Below, one piece after another: positions 18,416 through 28,006 of a stretch of DNA of 39,382 nucleotides. The position numbers were made by a program, and so were the translations under genes. This stretch comes from a virus (Duplodnaviria; Heunggongvirae; Uroviricota; Caudoviricetes), in the IMG/VR virus record IMGVR_UViG_2923296884_000001, one strand, 5' to 3'. The notes beneath the pieces are model-generated. The model was not told the DNA's origin and searched no databases. It saw only the letters and a list, made by a program, of their open reading frames with translations. Position 1 is the first letter of the stretch, and every line of letters starts with the position of its first letter.

Positions 18416-18641
18416 GTCTTACCTCTCCGTCCTGATTGCGTTGCTGATTTTCCGCGCGGAGCTGAGCCAGCACCTGCTGCATATCCTGTACCCCGGCGCT
18501 GATGATATTCAGTGTGTCGACGGTACTTTTCAGGGTGCTGGCCTGCGCTTCGTTTCTGGCGTTCTCCCGGCCCAGCGACCACGACAGACGCATGGATGTA
18601 ATCAGAAGGAAAGCGACGCCAAGCGTGGGCCAGAGCTTCAT
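18246..18641 (-). CDS. i-spanin (Rz/LysB-like)
   Basis: From the ATG at 18641 (MKLWPTLGVAFLLITS...): N-terminal TM helix then coiled-coil; ATGA overlap with the endolysin stop. Confidence 0.7.
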   Translation of the reverse strand: MKLWPTLGVAFLLITSMRLSWSLGRENARNEAQASTLKSTVDTLNIISAGVQDMQQVLAQLRAENQQRNQDGEVRREQLRNDIAKDECAHALPDARFTDRLRRHAERARASAVSPAYTADADHAGNASPLP

Positions 18642-19030
18642 GCCGGATAGGCTCCGTGTGGTAACTGAAAATGCGGTCCGTCTTTCAGGGTCTTCCAGTC
18701 GCCGCCCCATTCCACCGGAATATTCAGTTCCTGGCTGGCCTGTCTGAATGCTGCTGCGATTTTTTCGTACAGCGGCCATTCCCATGACACCTGGTTGCCG
18801 ACATAAGCCACAACATCCACGGCATGCCCTGTGAGATGGCGACTGTTCATGGTCTGGCTCTTGCCTGTGGTCACGAGCTGCTTCTGACGATAACGACTGC
18901 GCAATCCTTCGGTGATACCAAAATCCACTTCCGAGATTTCCAGCGCCCGTCGGGTCACTTTCACCAGATCAGGATTTACACCCTGCAAATTCTTTTCGCT
19001 CCGGCTGCTGAATTTAAATGTGTTGCTCAT
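18638..19030 (-). CDS. endolysin, peptidase M15 (VanY/L-Ala-D-Glu endopeptidase-like)
   Basis: 130-aa ORF with SRHLTGHAVD and DGPHFQL zinc-peptidase motifs; sits between holin and spanins. Confidence 0.8.
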   Translation of the reverse strand: MSNTFKFSSRSEKNLQGVNPDLVKVTRRALEISEVDFGITEGLRSRYRQKQLVTTGKSQTMNSRHLTGHAVDVVAYVGNQVSWEWPLYEKIAAAFRQASQELNIPVEWGGDWKTLKDGPHFQLPHGAYPA

Positions 19031-19350
19031 TCGTTCCTCTCCTTCACCCTGCGATCAAATATTGCAATAACCTTGTCGCGTGCTTTCTCTGCGCCCATAA
19101 AACCGATTGAGGCACCAAAAAACGTCACTGCATCCTCAGGGATCCCGAAGAAGCGCAGCGACCCGGCCACGGCCATGGCAAGAACGCCGCACGCCAGCGA
19201 TCCCGTTACGGTCTGAACCAGTGTTCGTCCGTCATAAAGACTCATCAGCGCGGAAATGCTGACCGCCGCGCCTACTGCATACACCGTTGGCAGGTGGTCA
19301 AAGAGCCACGCAATAACCTGCTCTGTGATCCCTGTTTGAATGGTGCTCAC
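19027..19350 (-). CDS. putative holin
   Basis: About 107-aa product from the GTG at 19350 (SD GGGGGAG upstream) with several hydrophobic helices and a charged C-terminus; lies between X and the endolysin. Confidence 0.55.
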   Translation of the reverse strand: MSTIQTGITEQVIAWLFDHLPTVYAVGAAVSISALMSLYDGRTLVQTVTGSLACGVLAMAVAGSLRFFGIPEDAVTFFGASIGFMGAEKARDKVIAIFDRRVKERNE

Positions 19351-19352
19351 TG

Positions 19353-19559
19353 CTACTCCCCCCACAACTGAATCATTTCTCGTTTCTTCTTCTCCGGCTC
19401 CGGCATCTCCACTTCCTGCCCGGCGTCCAGAAATACCTGCTGACAGAGTCCGGGGTTGGCATCCAGCACCTTTTCGGTGACGCCCTGTGTCGTGCCGTAG
19501 TACCGGAAACAGAGCGAATCCACGGTGTCGCCTTCCAGTGCCTTCACTTTCATCAGCAC
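19353..19559 (-). CDS. X: tail protein X
   Basis: 68-aa ORF with P2 gpX similarity (...FRYYGTT.GV.E.VL.ANPGL...). Confidence 0.85.
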   Translation of the reverse strand: MLMKVKALEGDTVDSLCFRYYGTTQGVTEKVLDANPGLCQQVFLDAGQEVEMPEPEKKKREMIQLWGE

Positions 19560-20056
19560 AGCTCCGCAAACATTCGCGGTCGTCCCAGAATGTCAGAGAT
19601 GGCCCAGCTCACATCGCGCCACAAATCCGATGTCTGTATATCCAGTGCGTCCGCCCGGCGATCGCCCTTGTCCGTTGTGTCCGCATCGCGGTAACGCTCC
19701 AGAATCAGGGCACGTGTGGCGGTATAAACAGCATTGCGCCAGTGCCAGAGATTGACGCTTTCTCCGTTAATTACGGGTGCCGGAACATCGGCCAGCGTCT
19801 GATGGCCAGCCGCCTGCTGTTCCTGCTGCCACGCTTCCAGCTCGCGGGTAACGTGTGCTATGGCCCCGGTGGCGGTATGCAGCAGGCGGGAGGTGGTCAC
19901 GCGGCCCGGCAGTCGTACCGCCAGACGCAGCTCACGCAGCACAATATCCGGCCAGAATGCACCCGCTGAAATACGGGTATCACCATCATCGGTATCGGTG
20001 ATGTCGTCCTCTGCGGGGCCGGGGTTGGTTCTGGCAACCATACTCATGGGGTTCAC
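19553..20056 (-). CDS. L: head completion protein L
   Basis: 167-aa ORF in the P2 gpL position and size. Confidence 0.88.
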   Translation of the reverse strand: MNPMSMVARTNPGPAEDDITDTDDGDTRISAGAFWPDIVLRELRLAVRLPGRVTTSRLLHTATGAIAHVTRELEAWQQEQQAAGHQTLADVPAPVINGESVNLWHWRNAVYTATRALILERYRDADTTDKGDRRADALDIQTSDLWRDVSWAISDILGRPRMFAELC

Positions 20057-20148
20057 TCCTGAAAAAATCGGGCGGTGGGTGTGCGGTGTAAACGGTCACG
20101 GAGTCAAACCGGAACACCGCGCACGCCGCCCGCTGACGGGGTCAGTCG

Positions 20149-20949
20149 TTAACCGCGCTTTGCCTTCTGCGTCGCGGTGGTTTTTCGTGTTGCAGGCTTC
20201 CGCGTTGTCTTTTTACTTTTGCTGCTTTCGTCCTGCGCCTGCGGTGTGCTGGCATCTTCTGGTGCGGCTCCGGAATCAGCTTTTTTCAGGGCGCGGGAAA
20301 GGGTTGCAATCTCGCGTTTCACACCTGCGTTCGGGTTCAGATGCATCGCTTCGCGCAGCAGCTTCAGTGATGAGGCCATGCTGTCCGCATCGCTCAGGCC
20401 ACGGCGGGCAAAGGCGCACGCCTTGCATAATTTGGCGCGCACTTCGTCCGGCATATCCTGGTTGGCGACAATTTCCCAAAGTGTGTCCAGTGGTTCGATA
20501 AAGGCGGATAAATCCGCGTCGGCATCCGTCCCGGCCTGCGTCAGTACCGGGTTGCAGATTTCTTCGGTCAGTACCGTGGCGGCAGTACGTCCAAAGTTAT
20601 CCGGCATGATGAGGTTGTGACGGACCACATATGCACCAATACGCAGCGCCAGCGGAAGATCGCCGCAGTCAATCGCCCACACCATCAGCGTGGCAATCAC
20701 TTCGTCCTGCTGCCCGCCGTCAGCCTCCAGCGTTCCCTCAATCCAGCCGGAAAAGTCCGGCAACAACTCTTTTTTGATGGCGGCTTTCGAGCTTCTGGCC
20801 TGTACGCCCTTAAGCCGGGCCTGTGCCAGACGCAGACGATACAGCACCTCTTCATGCGCGGTACGCGCGGCGTGGTCCACACCTTCATTCGCCCGGCCTG
20901 CGCGCTGTGCCATCACGTTCTGCCAGTGTTGTTGTGCAGGAGTAATCAT
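20149..20949 (-). CDS. M: terminase small (endonuclease) subunit M
   Basis: 266-aa ORF with P2 gpM similarity and a basic C-terminal tail. Confidence 0.88.
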   Translation of the reverse strand: MITPAQQHWQNVMAQRAGRANEGVDHAARTAHEEVLYRLRLAQARLKGVQARSSKAAIKKELLPDFSGWIEGTLEADGGQQDEVIATLMVWAIDCGDLPLALRIGAYVVRHNLIMPDNFGRTAATVLTEEICNPVLTQAGTDADADLSAFIEPLDTLWEIVANQDMPDEVRAKLCKACAFARRGLSDADSMASSLKLLREAMHLNPNAGVKREIATLSRALKKADSGAAPEDASTPQAQDESSKSKKTTRKPATRKTTATQKAKRG

Positions 20950-20994
20950 TTTTTCTCTCCGTTACAGGCGGGCATGATGCCCGCCGTGAGTTGA

Positions 20995-22047
20995 TTAGCT
21001 GTCGGCGAACTTCAGGCCAGTGATCATCGCGCACTTGCCATAGTCTTCAACGACATAAGCGTCATTGATGGACTGGTAGGTGGCGATGCGGTTGTATTCC
21101 GGCTCGTCTTTCATCAGGCGACGCATTGAACCTTTCTGCCAGTAAATCGACAGGTTGTTGAACGAGGTGATCAGCATCGTTGAATCCGGGAAGAACGGCG
21201 CAAGGAATACATCCAGTCCGCCAATGGCGCGCGATGACAGGATGAGCTGTCCGGCAAGTAATTCCGCATTGGGATTCTGGCCGCTGATGCTGTTCAGCAC
21301 GGGCAGACGCAGCGAGTTAAACAGGTTGCGCCCCATAATCACCACGAGGTCGTCAGCTTCCTTGTGCCATTCATCCAGCAGGGATGAGCGCGCATCCTGT
21401 ACCAGAGCATCGGCATTCGCATACTTACCCGCGTGCGCCACAGTGTTGTCCATGTTGCGGGAGGTCAGCGTCACGTCATTCATTACGCGCTCGCTGGCAT
21501 CGGTTCTGATGTGCTCCAGCCAGCCCACGTTTACGTCCTGAAGCAGCTTGTTGGTGTGAAAATCAGACTCGTAGGCGTGGGATGTGCCGTTAAAGCCAAT
21601 CATGATGCGATCAAGCGCTACCTGCCGGGCGATCTGTGTACTGATACGGGACTGAAAATCGCTGTGGGCCGCCCAGGTATCAAGCTGTGGGTACGAAATA
21701 AAGGTATCGTAGTTCACCTGTTCGCACTGGTACTGACGAGACTTCATATCGATCACGTTATTCGGGTTACGGCGTTTGATGCCGTCATAACTGCTATTCG
21801 TGCGCGCAATTGGCCCGGTGGTGTCCAGGAGGATTTTTTCGCCTTTCTGGTCGGTCACGCCGATCACGTTAATTCTTTTCGTAAATTCGGTACTTTCCTT
21901 TGAGGCGTTTTCAAAACGTTGCTGCACCGCGGGTTCCACGGTAAATCGCGATACCAGTGCGGAAACCGGGATATTGTTAAGCGACGCCTGCTGCGCCATA
22001 TAGCAACCCAGCTTGTTGCGGGTAATATCTGACATCACCAGATTCAT
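20995..22047 (-). CDS. N: major capsid protein N
   Basis: 350-aa ORF with P2 gpN similarity; AAGGAG SD before the ATG at 22047. Confidence 0.92.
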   Translation of the reverse strand: MNLVMSDITRNKLGCYMAQQASLNNIPVSALVSRFTVEPAVQQRFENASKESTEFTKRINVIGVTDQKGEKILLDTTGPIARTNSSYDGIKRRNPNNVIDMKSRQYQCEQVNYDTFISYPQLDTWAAHSDFQSRISTQIARQVALDRIMIGFNGTSHAYESDFHTNKLLQDVNVGWLEHIRTDASERVMNDVTLTSRNMDNTVAHAGKYANADALVQDARSSLLDEWHKEADDLVVIMGRNLFNSLRLPVLNSISGQNPNAELLAGQLILSSRAIGGLDVFLAPFFPDSTMLITSFNNLSIYWQKGSMRRLMKDEPEYNRIATYQSINDAYVVEDYGKCAMITGLKFADS

Positions 22048-22070
22048 AAAAAATTTGCTCCTTTGTCTTA

Positions 22071-22907
22071 TCAGAAGTCAGCCAGTTGATCGGAGGCTGC
22101 GCCCGTTGCGGTGAACCGGTTCTGCGGATCGCCGTCCTGCGTGCGCAGTTTTTCCTTCAGTGCTGTCAGCTCTGTGGTCAGTAAAGTGATTTTCTGGCTG
22201 TCCTGCTGATGGCGGGTTTCCAGCGCATTAAAACGGTCGATAATGTCGGCCTGTGACGTTGCGACGCCTTCCACCGCTTCCTGAATACGGGAGAAACTGG
22301 CGTCATCCGCTTTGCGGCCACGGCCAATAATCCCCATTACGCGGTTAAACCACTGGGTGCCTTCTTCCTGGCGTTGTTCTGCCATTTCGATGATTTCAGA
22401 CTCGATGGCTTCGGAGATAAGCGGTGCTTCACCCTGGACACTGTTGAACGTCATCACCGCCTGACGTTGCTGTGCCGTGAATTTCAGGCGTTCAGTGCCC
22501 AGGCTTGCCGGGGTGTCGGTCATCGCCAGCCCGACCAGATAGGCGCGCCCGTTAACGGAGAACTGCGGGTGCAATTCGATACTGGAATAGATTTTCTTGC
22601 CGTCCGCGACAAGCTGCTTCATGCGCTCGGTCGGTTCGATTTCTGCATACAGCGCAGTACGTCCGGCCAGCGGACCTTCCGTAATGTCTTCCGTACTCAG
22701 CGCGGTGACATCGCCCATTGCGGAAAATTCGCTTGACGGGCATGGCGAGAGATAGTGCTCAACGTTCACGCGGGCGGCGTAAACATCCGGGTTGAAGTTC
22801 TCGGCGGCTTCACGCAGATGCACCGGACTGATTTCGCGGCCATCAACAGTTGATCCGGAGACAGCCACGCGAAACTTTTTGCGGGATGTCTTTTTTTCAT
22901 TAGCCAT
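22071..22907 (-). CDS. O: capsid scaffolding protein O
   Basis: P2 gpO-like ORF; start refined to the ATG at 22907 (MANEKK..., SD GAGGGG). Confidence 0.88.
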   Translation of the reverse strand: MANEKKTSRKKFRVAVSGSTVDGREISPVHLREAAENFNPDVYAARVNVEHYLSPCPSSEFSAMGDVTALSTEDITEGPLAGRTALYAEIEPTERMKQLVADGKKIYSSIELHPQFSVNGRAYLVGLAMTDTPASLGTERLKFTAQQRQAVMTFNSVQGEAPLISEAIESEIIEMAEQRQEEGTQWFNRVMGIIGRGRKADDASFSRIQEAVEGVATSQADIIDRFNALETRHQQDSQKITLLTTELTALKEKLRTQDGDPQNRFTATGAASDQLADF

Positions 22908-23061
22908 AGTTTTTGCCCCTCTGACTGGTTCTTCAGTCATGATGGCAAAGCGTAACAGGCTGATACAAAGGGCTTTTGTTGTAAGAAAACGGCCAGAACA
23001 GGGGGTTAAGGAGAACGGTTTCGCGCGCGGGTAATCTTCCTGTAATTACTCAGGGGGAGCA
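22908..23061. promoter_or_regulatory. divergent late promoter region between O and P
   Basis: 154-bp gap between divergent O and P starts, as in P2; contains TTGTTGT-N-AGAACAGG (22975-23004), similar to the motif upstream of FI. Confidence 0.45.
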
Positions 23062-24813
23062 ATGATTCAGGACGCTTTTGTGCGCCAGCGTGCGCGGCAA
23101 CTTTACTGGCAGGGTTATCCGCCCGCAGAAATCTCACGTCTGATGGGAATAAACCCGAACACGATTTATGCGTGGAAAAAACGCGACCAGTGGGATGAAA
23201 CGCCACCCGTGCAGCGTGTCACGCAGTCCATCGATGCGCGCCTCATCCAGCTTACTGAAAAACAGAATAAAACAGGTGGTGACTTCAAGGAAATAGACCT
23301 GCTGACCCGGCAGCTTAAAAAACTGCATGATGGCCAGCCAGATGCGACGGCCACAGGAAAGAAAGGCCGGGCGAAAAAACTTAAAAATCATTTCACGCCG
23401 GAACAGATTGCTGCACTGCGGGAAAAAATCATCAGCAGGCTGGAGTGGCATCAGCGGGGCTGGTTTGACTCCCTGACTCTTTGCAGGGAAGCCGGGATAC
23501 GTAACAGGATGATCCTGAAATCCCGACAGATTGGGGCGACCTGGTATTTTGCACAGGAAGCACTGCTGATGGCGCTGCGTGACGATGTGGCGCAACCTTA
23601 CCAGCGTAACCAGATTTTTTTGTCTGCGTCGCGTCGTCAGGCGTTCCAGTTTAAAAGCATTATTCAGAAGGTCGCATCTGAAGTTGATGTGGAGCTGAAA
23701 GGGGGCGATAAAATCATCCTCTCCAACGGCGCAGAGCTGCATTTTCTTGGTACTTCTGCTGCGACGGCACAGTCCTACACGGGCAATTTTTATTTTGATG
23801 AATTTTTCTGGGTCAGTCGCTTTGCTGAACTGCGCAAGGTGGCTGGCGCTATGGCAACCCTCAGCGGACTGCGGCGCACCTACTTCTCCACGCCATCCAC
23901 CGAAACGCACGAGGCATACGCCTACTGGAACGGCGACCGCTGGAACGAGAAAAAGGCCTCGCATAAACGCCAGCGTTTTTCTGTGGACTGGAAAACGCTG
24001 CATAACGGGCTTATCTGCCCCGACCGGACGTGGCGGCAAATTGTCACGCTGGAAGATGTGGTTAATCACGGCTGGAAACACACCGATATTGATGAAATTC
24101 GTGATGAAAACACCGAAGACGAGTTCCTCAATCTCTATATGTGTGAGTTTGTCCGCGAAGGGGAATCGGCATTTAACCTGAATATCCTGATTGGCTGTGG
24201 TGTTGACGGATACGACGACTGGAAAGACTGGAAACCTTTTGCTCCCCGCCCGATGGGGAATCGTCCGGTATGGATTGGGTATGACGCAAACGGCAGCAGT
24301 GGAAACGGCGACAGCGGCGCTGTGTCCGTGGTGGTTCCTCCGGCTGTTCCTGGCGGCCGTTTTCGAACGGTGGAGACGCGACGCGTTCAGGGGCTGGAGT
24401 TTGAAGAACAGGCCAGAGTCATTGAAGAGTTCACGTGTCGCTACAACGTGGAACACATCGGCATTGATGTGACAGGCGGGAACGGGGAGGCTGTTTATCA
24501 GATAGTGAAACGGTTTTTCCCTGCTGCTATTCCGTACACCTTCACGCTGTCATCAAAACGGTCGCTGGTACTGAAAATGCTGCAAATAATGCGTGCCGGG
24601 CGGTGGGAATACGATCGCGCCGAACGCGAGCTGGTCGCGGCCTTTAACGCCGTGCGTAAGGTGAAAACACCGGGCGGCTTTATCACTTACGAAACGGACC
24701 GCGCGAGGGGGATCAGCCACGGCGACCTTGCGTGGGCAACCATGCTTGCTGTCATTAACGAACCAATTGGCGGCGAAGGAGAAAACGAGCGTTTCACGGT
24801 TATGGAGTTCTGA
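23062..24813 (+). CDS. P: terminase large (ATPase) subunit P
   Basis: 583-aa ORF with P2 gpP similarity. Confidence 0.95.
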   Translation: MIQDAFVRQRARQLYWQGYPPAEISRLMGINPNTIYAWKKRDQWDETPPVQRVTQSIDARLIQLTEKQNKTGGDFKEIDLLTRQLKKLHDGQPDATATGKKGRAKKLKNHFTPEQIAALREKIISRLEWHQRGWFDSLTLCREAGIRNRMILKSRQIGATWYFAQEALLMALRDDVAQPYQRNQIFLSASRRQAFQFKSIIQKVASEVDVELKGGDKIILSNGAELHFLGTSAATAQSYTGNFYFDEFFWVSRFAELRKVAGAMATLSGLRRTYFSTPSTETHEAYAYWNGDRWNEKKASHKRQRFSVDWKTLHNGLICPDRTWRQIVTLEDVVNHGWKHTDIDEIRDENTEDEFLNLYMCEFVREGESAFNLNILIGCGVDGYDDWKDWKPFAPRPMGNRPVWIGYDANGSSGNGDSGAVSVVVPPAVPGGRFRTVETRRVQGLEFEEQARVIEEFTCRYNVEHIGIDVTGGNGEAVYQIVKRFFPAAIPYTFTLSSKRSLVLKMLQIMRAGRWEYDRAERELVAAFNAVRKVKTPGGFITYETDRARGISHGDLAWATMLAVINEPIGGEGENERFTVMEF

Positions 24814-25859
24814 TGAGCAGAAAAAATAAAAAAGTGCGCATGAGTTCACGCATTGATCTCGCTGATGCGCTCAGGAAAGAATCATCGCTCAGTGCATTCA
24901 CATTTGATGGTCCTTATCGCCTGACCGGGCATGACCTGCTGGACAATATGTACTGTGCTGATAACGGGCGGTGGTATGAAACCCCGGTGGACTGGTACGG
25001 TCTGGCAAGAGCAGCCCGGCAAACGTCCTGGCATCAGTCTGCGCTTTACTTTAAGCGCAATGTATTACTCGGTTGCTACATCCCGCACCCGCTGCTTTCC
25101 CGGCAGGATTTCTCGGCGCTGGCGCTGGACTGGTTTGTGTTCGGTAACGCATTCCTTGAGCTTCGAAGCAATATGCTCGGCGAACCGCTTAAATTACGGC
25201 ACGCCCTGGCGAAATATATGCGACGCGGAAGCGATCTTGAATCATGGTGGTATGTGCAGGATGGCAAGGACGCGTTTCAGTTTCGTCCTGGCAAAGTGTG
25301 CCACCTGATGAATCCGGATATTAACCAGGAAATCTACGGCATGCCGGAATATCTTGGCGCATTACTCTCGGCCAGCCTTTCTCATTCGGCGGACATGTTC
25401 AGAAAACTGTACTACGACAACGGATCCCACGCCGGGTGCATCATCTACATCGGTGCAGCGCAGGTAAACCGCGAAAGCATGGACTCCCTGAAAGAAACGC
25501 TACAGGGGGCACGTGGTGGTGGTGCGTTTAAAAACGTGCTCATTCATGCGCCCAACGGGGGCAAAGAGGGGGTGCAAATTTTGCCGTTCCAGCAGATCAC
25601 CGCAAAAGATGAATTCATGAATGTTAAGGCGGCATCCCGTGATGATGTGCTGGCTGCGCACCGCGTTCCGCCGCAACTGATGGGGGCGATGCCGGGCGAA
25701 AAAAGTGCGTTTGGCGATGTGGAGAAGGCAGCGCGGGTTTACGCAATTAACGAGCTGATGCCCGTCATGGAGGCTATGAAGCACATCAATGACTGGCTTG
25801 GCGAAGAGGTGATCCGTTTTAACTCTTATGCTCTTCTTGATGAAAAAACAGCCCCGTGA
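24813..25859 (+). CDS. Q: portal protein Q
   Basis: 348-aa ORF with P2 gpQ similarity; start overlaps the P stop (TGATGA). Confidence 0.93.
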   Translation: MSRKNKKVRMSSRIDLADALRKESSLSAFTFDGPYRLTGHDLLDNMYCADNGRWYETPVDWYGLARAARQTSWHQSALYFKRNVLLGCYIPHPLLSRQDFSALALDWFVFGNAFLELRSNMLGEPLKLRHALAKYMRRGSDLESWWYVQDGKDAFQFRPGKVCHLMNPDINQEIYGMPEYLGALLSASLSHSADMFRKLYYDNGSHAGCIIYIGAAQVNRESMDSLKETLQGARGGGAFKNVLIHAPNGGKEGVQILPFQQITAKDEFMNVKAASRDDVLAAHRVPPQLMGAMPGEKSAFGDVEKAARVYAINELMPVMEAMKHINDWLGEEVIRFNSYALLDEKTAP

Positions 25860-25876
25860 TGGGGCTGTCCTTTTTA
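25848..25876. terminator. bidirectional rho-independent terminator between convergent Q and the 174-aa gene
   Basis: ACAGCCCC-gtgat-GGGGCTGT stem-loop with an A-run upstream and T-run downstream. Confidence 0.65.
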
Positions 25877-26398
25877 CCAGAGTTGAACCATTTTCTGGGT
25901 GCCGTCAGGCTTGAGATTATCAATTTCAGAGAGAACGTAATATTGAATGGCTTCACAAACGGTGGTGTAGGGTGAATTACCTTCTTTAAGTGGCACGATA
26001 TTATTATTAACGCGAACCTGTATTTCATCGTTATACATTGCGATCGAAACAGGCGTGTGCACGAACGCGACTTCGCCAGGTGTGTCGTCAACCACCGTTT
26101 CAATACTAAAAGTCAGTTTTCGCTCATCATTGCTGCCCCGTGCTTTGGGGGTAGCGGCAGGGATCTGGGATAAAGGCATTCTGCGAAATCCTTCGGCTGC
26201 TTCCAGTCCGCATGAAACGTAATGCTGGCGATTACCGTCGCTATCTGTCCAGGTCTGTGATGGCAGCTCCAGCGAGATTTCATAAGCATCAACAATGCCC
26301 TGGGCAAGGCGTACAAGCGGGGTCAGATCTTCATTGCGGCGAAAGCTCTCCTTTACCTGCTCCCGTTTTTCTCTTAACTGCTTGTAATTAATGACCAT
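25874..26398 (-). CDS. hypothetical protein (about 174 aa), orphan gene between Q and the early-operon terminator
   Basis: ORF 25874..26437 with start refined to the ATG about 26398 (MVINYKQLREK...) preceded by a GGAGG SD; lower GC than neighbours; no family recognised. Confidence 0.6.
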   Translation of the reverse strand: MVINYKQLREKREQVKESFRRNEDLTPLVRLAQGIVDAYEISLELPSQTWTDSDGNRQHYVSCGLEAAEGFRRMPLSQIPAATPKARGSNDERKLTFSIETVVDDTPGEVAFVHTPVSIAMYNDEIQVRVNNNIVPLKEGNSPYTTVCEAIQYYVLSEIDNLKPDGTQKMVQLW

Positions 26399-26495
26399 AA
26401 GACAGCCTCCATTGATTTCTTTGCTCGTATTTTGCACTTATGAAGTATGGTCGGCAAGGTGCCGTATCGCTGACGCGCTTCGCTTGTCTGCTGCT

Positions 26496-26524
26496 TCGCC
26501 GGGGCATAAAAAATTTATGCCCCG
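26496..26524. repeat. 29-bp perfect palindrome GCCGGGGCATAAA-aaa-TTTATGCCCCGGC
   Basis: Read directly from the sequence; lies in the ~500-bp noncoding stretch upstream of the 174-aa gene. Confidence 0.7.
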
Positions 26525-26930
26525 GCTCTCCAGCTCCTGTATCAATCAGATAATTTCACGACGCCTTCCAGTTTATCGCCACCATCGACGGTCAGACTCT
26601 TACGCAATTCCACCGCGTTGACTGCATGTTCTCGCTGCCTCAGTGCGATTTTGACGGCCTTACCTTTCACCCCATCAAATCAAAAGCCCTCACGCCTTTT
26701 TCATGCTCAGCGTGAGAAATATGGCCATTCTGTTGTGTCTCTGCGACATCGTTCAGGGAATGCTATTTACCCCCTGAAACGCGGGCTGTTCCCCCGTCAC
26801 CTGCGCGCAGAAAAAGCGCGTTTTTTTGTGCACGCACGGATCCTTGACGGATCCAGCCGCCATGCGGGCCGGAAGGGTAAAAAGTCGTTCAAAAAAATTG
26901 TGCAAATTTGTGCACTTTTGTGCAAACAAA

Positions 26931-26956
26931 AAGCGCCCCTGAGGCGCTTTAGTGTT
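26931..26956. terminator. terminator of the leftward early/accessory operon (bidirectional stem-loop)
   Basis: AAGCGCC-cctga-GGCGCTT flanked by A/T runs, about 30 bp after the last minus-strand gene; preceded by three TTGTGCA direct repeats (26899-26930). Confidence 0.6.
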
Positions 26957-26984
26957 TTATAGGTTGTGTATATTTGCTGGGTCC

Positions 26985-27248
26985 TTATCCTGCTGTGCTT
27001 TCAACTGATGAGGGGAACAAAATCTTTTCATCAAACCCTGCATTCATATCATGGACAGCAACACACCAATCCATTGACGAACGATTATCAAGAGCCTCCA
27101 TGATTTCATCCATGCGGCGTAGGTCATACAGGTAAATGCTTTTATCGCCAATGGTGTAAAAACCAATTTTTTTCGGTGATGGACAGCGATCAAGAACGTC
27201 CTGTAATTCGCTCAACCATGCTTGTTCTTTTTTTGTCAAAGTTGCCAT
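26985..27248 (-). CDS. hypothetical protein (87 aa)
   Basis: Start ATG at 27248 with strong SD GAAAGGAG; packed TGAtATG against the upstream gene. Confidence 0.6.
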   Translation of the reverse strand: MATLTKKEQAWLSELQDVLDRCPSPKKIGFYTIGDKSIYLYDLRRMDEIMEALDNRSSMDWCVAVHDMNAGFDEKILFPSSVESTAG

Positions 27249-27249
27249 A

Positions 27250-27690
27250 TCACTCTCCTTTCCCATGAAGCATAGCGGCGCGGCAGGCGTTCCATATTTC
27301 GGCAGCAATATAGCGCTCGCTATCGGTTAATTTGTACGTGGAAACATAGCCAGAGAGCATTTCTACGTTTTCCGGAGTTGCTTCTTCCGGCACTACCGGC
27401 GCTGGCAAGGCAGCGTGATAGTAGAGTGGCATAGTTTTGTACAGTGGTTCGCCAGGACTTCCGTCAGCCTGATTCCATTCTTCAACCCAGGCATCAACAA
27501 CCGCTTTGCTGGTTGATACATGTTCTTCTGAATCTACATTTTGTCCTGATATACAGAACATAACTGCCTCTGCTTCCAGCGATGCCAGAGCAATTTCATA
27601 AGCCCGACGCTCAATATTGTCTCGGACGTCCAGGCTGCCTATGCGCTCTTTGATTTCTTTAATCAGTTCTTTGTCGGTAAAAGTGGTCAT
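27250..27690 (-). CDS. hypothetical acidic protein (146 aa)
   Basis: Start ATG at 27690 (MTTFTDKEL...) with SD AAAGGAG. Confidence 0.6.
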   Translation of the reverse strand: MTTFTDKELIKEIKERIGSLDVRDNIERRAYEIALASLEAEAVMFCISGQNVDSEEHVSTSKAVVDAWVEEWNQADGSPGEPLYKTMPLYYHAALPAPVVPEEATPENVEMLSGYVSTYKLTDSERYIAAEIWNACRAAMLHGKGE

Positions 27691-27691
27691 A

Positions 27692-28006
27692 TCAATCTCC
27701 TTTGGTACCAATGTTTACAGCCTGGTAAGCCTCTTTGAGCACCCAGTCAACAGCGTCTTTCCATGCTCCGGTTTCGACTGGCGGATTCTCACGCTTTACC
27801 TGTTCATAGAAACGCACCGCTCTAACCAGTCCATCTGACGGTTTTGCCTGTAGTGCAGCCTGAGCTATGCGGTATGCCTGGAGCATACGGGCGTCGTTGA
27901 TATCCATTCCGAACGGAATTTCTGATGATTGTGACTCTGCATCTTCAAGCCTGGCAATTTCTTTACGTAAGAAGTATTTCAACTCTTGTTTCTGTTTTCT
28001 GTTCAT
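27692..28006 (-). CDS. hypothetical protein (104 aa)
   Basis: ATG at 28006 overlaps the upstream stop (ATGA). Confidence 0.6.
   Translation of the reverse strand: MNRKQKQELKYFLRKEIARLEDAESQSSEIPFGMDINDARMLQAYRIAQAALQAKPSDGLVRAVRFYEQVKRENPPVETGAWKDAVDWVLKEAYQAVNIGTKGD

Noticed and set aside
23134-24456. 440-aa minus-strand ORF inside terminase gene P
   Set aside because: Antisense to a clear terminase ORF; no start context
26440-26930. P2-type cos site (GGCGAGGCGGGGAAAGCAC-like) and LexA/SOS box
   Set aside because: No convincing match found by eye; the 29-bp palindrome is not cos-like. Left as unknown
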